Below are positions 60,119 through 64,000 of a stretch of DNA of 64,000 bases, piece after piece. Position 1 is the first letter of the stretch, and every line of letters starts with the position of its first letter. Origin of the DNA: the human T2T-CHM13v2.0 reference genome, Homo sapiens; assembly GCA_009914755.4 (NCBI GenBank), contig CP068257.2:5760001-5824000 (forward strand). Reading direction: 5' to 3'. Under the pieces are notes generated by a model. It did not search any database. It had not been told where the DNA came from and saw nothing but the letters and a program-made list of their open reading frames with translations. The translations under genes were made by a program, and so were the position numbers.

Positions 60119-63100
60119 TAAATGAATAATTCTTAAACCTCAAAAATAAAAAGTAGCAAAACCTCAATTCAAGAGTAGACATAAAGGTTGTGACATGGGT
60201 GGCAGGGACATATGTCTAGTGACAGATTTCCTATGCATATCTGACCAAAAATCCCCCTCATGATTTTCAAATCAGATGCTTAACTACATTTAATGAGTTT
60301 CCCGAATCATTAATATCAGGCTCTGAAAACAGGATCATTAAAAATGATTAAGACTTTCAACAACAAATATCTTATCTAAATAGTAAGGAAATTATATTAG
60401 ATGGCTCCATTCCCTGGGCAGTCTAGTTAACAATTCGACTTGTTCAAAGCTATAAAATATGGCAACTTAAAAAATTATGAAATTTTATCTAACTTTGTGC
60501 TTAAGGTAGTTGGCCATTCTTCCTCTTGGGAATAAGAAGGGTAGATTTTCTGTCGAAGCATTTTGCTATTGCTTTTCAATTTCCTTTTATGGAAAATAGA
60601 TAAAATAGCAATTTTTTAATTATAAATTTAAAGTCAAAATGGAGATAATTAAGTATCTCCATTAATTAAGTAAAGATTAATTTTTTTAAAATAGCATTTT
60701 CTACATTCTAATCAATTGATTGACTATTTTTATCCCTGGCTCAATGTAACTCTCTTTGACATACTCTTGTCTTAATTCTAGTTTAAGTCAACAATGTGTA
60801 ATCATAGATGACTCCTTGCCATTTTGATCTCTCAGTTCTATGAACACCTTTGTTCTAACAATAATGTTTTCCAACAGAATTATTTCTACTCAAACTTCTG
60901 AGATCAAATTTGTGGATTCAGTCTCACCCCAATCAATTCTTCAACTCTCAGGACACCAAATGGTGTCCTACAATTCAATTCAATCCTGAGACTATCTATC
61001 TGGAGATAGCATAGATCCCAAAAGTTCAGGGTTCAGGCCCACAAGACTGCCCCCACACTATTAGAGAGGAGTTGTGGGCCTCCCATACTCCTGACCAACT
61101 GGCTATAAATTAGGACCTCCATGGATTCCTTCCTCAGGTTCTATAATTTGCTAAGATGGCGCACAGAACCCAAGAAAGCACTTTGCTTACAGTTACTGTC
61201 TGATACAAATCAGGAACTCTCAAATAGAAGAGACACATAGGGCCAGGTATGGTGAAAAGGGGCACAAAGCTGCCATATGACCTATAAGTATATCACTCTA
61301 TCACCCTCCCAGCACCTCAGAGGTGATGGAGGAGAGGGCTGACAGTTTCAACCATCTAGTTATGCCTTCATGTTTCTGATGTCCAGCACACACCCTGAAG
61401 CTATACGGGTCTCCAGCCACCACTCATGTCATGTCAATAGCATAAACTCAGGTATGGCTAAGAGAGACTTATGACTAGTAAAGGATGGTCCTCTCATCTC
61501 TATCAGGAAATTTCAAGTTTTAGGAGCTCTGTACTGTGAACTGGGGAGGAAGACCAAATAGGACATACCCTAGACCAGTTGTGCTAACTACAGTGTGCCT
61601 CAAAATTGCCTACAGTTGTGTTACAATAAAAGATTGCTGAGACCTGCTATTGGAATTTCAGATTTGGTAGATCTGGGGCTGTAACCTGAGAATATGCACT
61701 TCTAGTAAGTTCCCAGGTGATGCTGATGCTGTTAGCACAGCGACCACACTTCCAGACGGACTGAGTGAAGCATCGTCGTTACTTATAATAGGAACTTCTC
61801 TGTAGTCACAATTTTATTCATCCCATTCTCTGAGCTCCTCCTTTAATCATTCCCTTTCATACGCTGACATAAAATTTTTCAATCTCTCTGAGACCTCCAA
61901 ACTATTATTTTATCATAATCACAATGACCCTTACCTACTTGATGTACTCTATTTCCTGTTCTCCTGCCTAAATTCCATGGCCAACCATTCCCAGGAAACT
62001 TCAACTTCCTTGTTTCTCTTTCACTTTGCTGAAGCTAACCAGGAAAATAACCCTGGTTAGATCCAAATTTCCACCAAATCCCCACATATATTTGAGCAAC
62101 TAGCTATATGGATCAAATTGAAAAATATCCCACTTGAAAATGAGAATCTCAGTGCTGCCTATCAATCAATCATACTACATATGTTCCAATCTATTCATTC
62201 TCTAATTTACCTAGTTTTGTATCTTATCCTCTCTCTAATCCCTAACACTTGCCCAGAAATCCTCAAAGTCTTTTTGGTTGTGCTTCCCTGAGAACATTGA
62301 ATCATCCAAAGACAACTTCCACAGACTCCTGAAACCATTTAAACTCACTTTCCCGTCTACCCCCACATACTCTCCATTTTCACCTATTATTATCTGTGAA
62401 ATAACTGGCCCCTATCTGTATATTGTCTGATGATGATTTCTATATTACAGGTGAAGAAAATGAGAATAGGGTTAGAGCTACTTTCTCATTATAGCATAGC
62501 TAAGAATCAAATCCACGCAGTCCACCACTGAAACTGGGGTTCCAAGTCAGTGTATTTGGAGAAGGAGAGCTAGTAGAAAAATAAGGATGAAAAGATCCAG
62601 GATGAAGCTTCTGATGGAAGAAAAGGACATTTTTACTATTATGAACTCCTTGAAGTAGACCTTAAGCATTCTCATCTGGACAAATATCCATTCATCCACT
62701 CCAGTGAGCTGATTAAGTTTTAGGATTTTAAGGGTCAGTGAACAATTATTCCTCATTCAGCAATTAAAGAAGGATTAATATGAATATTATCTTGGAGAAG
62801 TTTAATTTAAAACATATTTGATTGATTTTTGGCAATTGTCTTCTATCAGATCATTACCAATCCATATGAATTGGTAGGAAGGGAGAAAACCCAAAATTTA
62901 ATCAGATGCCTGAAGTTAGGGAACATTTTATAACCAACCCAGGGGGAGAAAAATGCTCAAAAGGGGAAAGATGAGGACAGAAAATACATTTCAAAGATTT
63001 TAACTTTTTGACAAAATGTCATTTCCGTGCAAGAAAAACTGATTGTGTGAATATAACTGTCATTTATATCTGCCAATGTGTTCAGAAATATATAACCTAT

Positions 63101-63332
63101 AATTTTTTTAATAGTAGTTTGTTAAAACAAAATTTATTCATCAAAGTATCTATAACATTCTAAAAATACTAAAAATTTTCAATTTAAATATTAACCTAAA
63201 CAGCTCTGTATATATAAATAAGCTCAAACAAACGTGCATGCTTCCCAACAATAACACTGCTACAGATATTGATTGGTGGTTTTGGTTTCATTTCATTTTA
63301 TAATGGCAAATCTGGTTAAAACCCAGATTCTG

Positions 63333-63653
63333 GGCTGGGCACAGTGGCTCACGTCTGTGATCTCAGCACTTTGGGAGGCTGAGACAGGCAAATCACAAGG
63401 TCAACAGATCGGGACCATCCTGGCCAACATGGCGAAACCCCATCTCTTCTAAAAAAAATACAGAAGTTAGCTGGGCATGGTGGCACGTGCCTGTAGTCCC
63501 AGCTACTTGGGAGGCTGAGGCAGGAGAATCACTTGGACCTGGGAGGCAGAGGTTGCATGAGCTGAGACTGTGCCACTGTACTCCAGCCTGGTAACAGAGA
63601 GAGACTCCATCTCAAAACAAAACAAAACAAAACAAAACAAAACAAAACAAAAC
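63333..63653 (+). mobile_element. Alu (plus) with (AAAAC)n tail and about 15-bp TSD AAAACCCAGATTCTG, inserted into the old L1
   Basis: GGCTGGGCACAGTGGCTCACGTCTGTGATCTCAGCACTTTGGGAGGCTGAGACAGGCAAATCACAAGGTCAACAGATCGGGACCATCCTGGCCAACATGGCGAAACCCCATCTC...CTCAAAACAAAACAAAACAAAAC. The TSD occurs at 63317-63332 and 63654-63669 (one extra C in the second copy). Confidence 0.9.
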
Positions 63654-63657
63654 AAAA
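63614..63657. repeat. (AAAAC)n pentanucleotide microsatellite derived from the Alu tail
   Basis: AAAACAAAACAAAACAAAACAAAACAAAACAAAACAAAAC, about 8 units. Confidence 0.9.
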
Positions 63658-64000
63658 CCCCAGATTCTGAACTGACTCTCACAATAAGGATCTCAATTGC
63701 TTCAAAGAGAATAAAACACCTAGAAATCCAACTTAAAAGGGATGTGAAGGACCTCTTCAAGGAAAACTACAAACCACTGCTCAATGAAATAAGATACAAA
63801 CAAATGTAAGAACCTTTCATGTTCATGGGTAGGAAGAATCCATATTGTGAAAATGGCCATACTGCCCAAGGTAATTTATAGATTCAATGCCATCCCCATC
63901 AAGCAACCAATGACTTTCTTCACAGAATTGGAAAAAACTACTTTAAAGTTCATATGGAACCAAAAAAGAGCCTGCATTGCCAAGTCAATCCTAAGGCAAA

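Larger units (their letters stand above)
63300..64000 (+). mobile_element. Old LINE-1 ORF2 fragment (plus), interrupted by the Alu at 63333-63653; continues beyond the window
   Basis: ...[109 protein letters not shown] (plus-strand translation, frame-shifted; compare L1 ORF2 [112 protein letters not shown]). The sequence on both sides of the Alu TSD aligns to adjacent L1 positions. Confidence 0.7.

Overview
This window reads as human/primate nuclear DNA. The evidence is at least 18 Alu elements with the canonical GGCCGGGCGCGGTGGCTCACGCCTGTAATCCCAGCACTTTGGGAGGC motif and its reverse complement, several with A-tails and target-site duplications (TSDs), plus multiple LINE-1 copies. It is not a prokaryotic locus: I find no CRISPR array, no operon-like gene packing, and every ORF of 150 aa or more is a LINE-1 ORF1/ORF2 remnant. 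The Alu, LINE-1, ERV and env-remnant annotations I could place cover roughly 34 kb of the 64 kb, and the remaining roughly 30 kb is unannotated AT-rich sequence. Main components: (1) two long L1PA-type elements on the minus strand (2331-7625, about 5.3 kb; 47338-53467, about 6.1 kb, full length with 5'UTR), both with broken ORFs; (2) a rearranged HERV-K-superfamily (ERVK/HML-like betaretroviral) provirus on the minus strand at about 14700-20607, recognised from integrase, RT, protease, dUTPase and two CCHC zinc knuckles in translation and a tRNA-Lys primer-binding site (PBS), and containing two diverged tandem LTR-PBS-gag-dUTPase modules; (3) ERVK-like env fragments at 1233-2330 and 7814-8029, split by the first L1; (4) an ancient L1M on the minus strand (about 28215-32650) with a nested L1M 3' piece and a young Alu, plus several short L1 3'-end insertions, one with a perfect 16-bp TSD; (5) an AluYb8-like young Alu with perfect TSDs and a 22-nt poly-A; (6) GT/TG, TTTA, TC and AAAAC microsatellites. 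I see no cellular protein-coding gene I can support from sequence alone. One short splice-site-flanked candidate exon is flagged at low confidence. The 'undescribed system' framing is not supported here. The interesting biology is transposable-element structure: the composite ERVK, inverted Alu pairs and young insertions.
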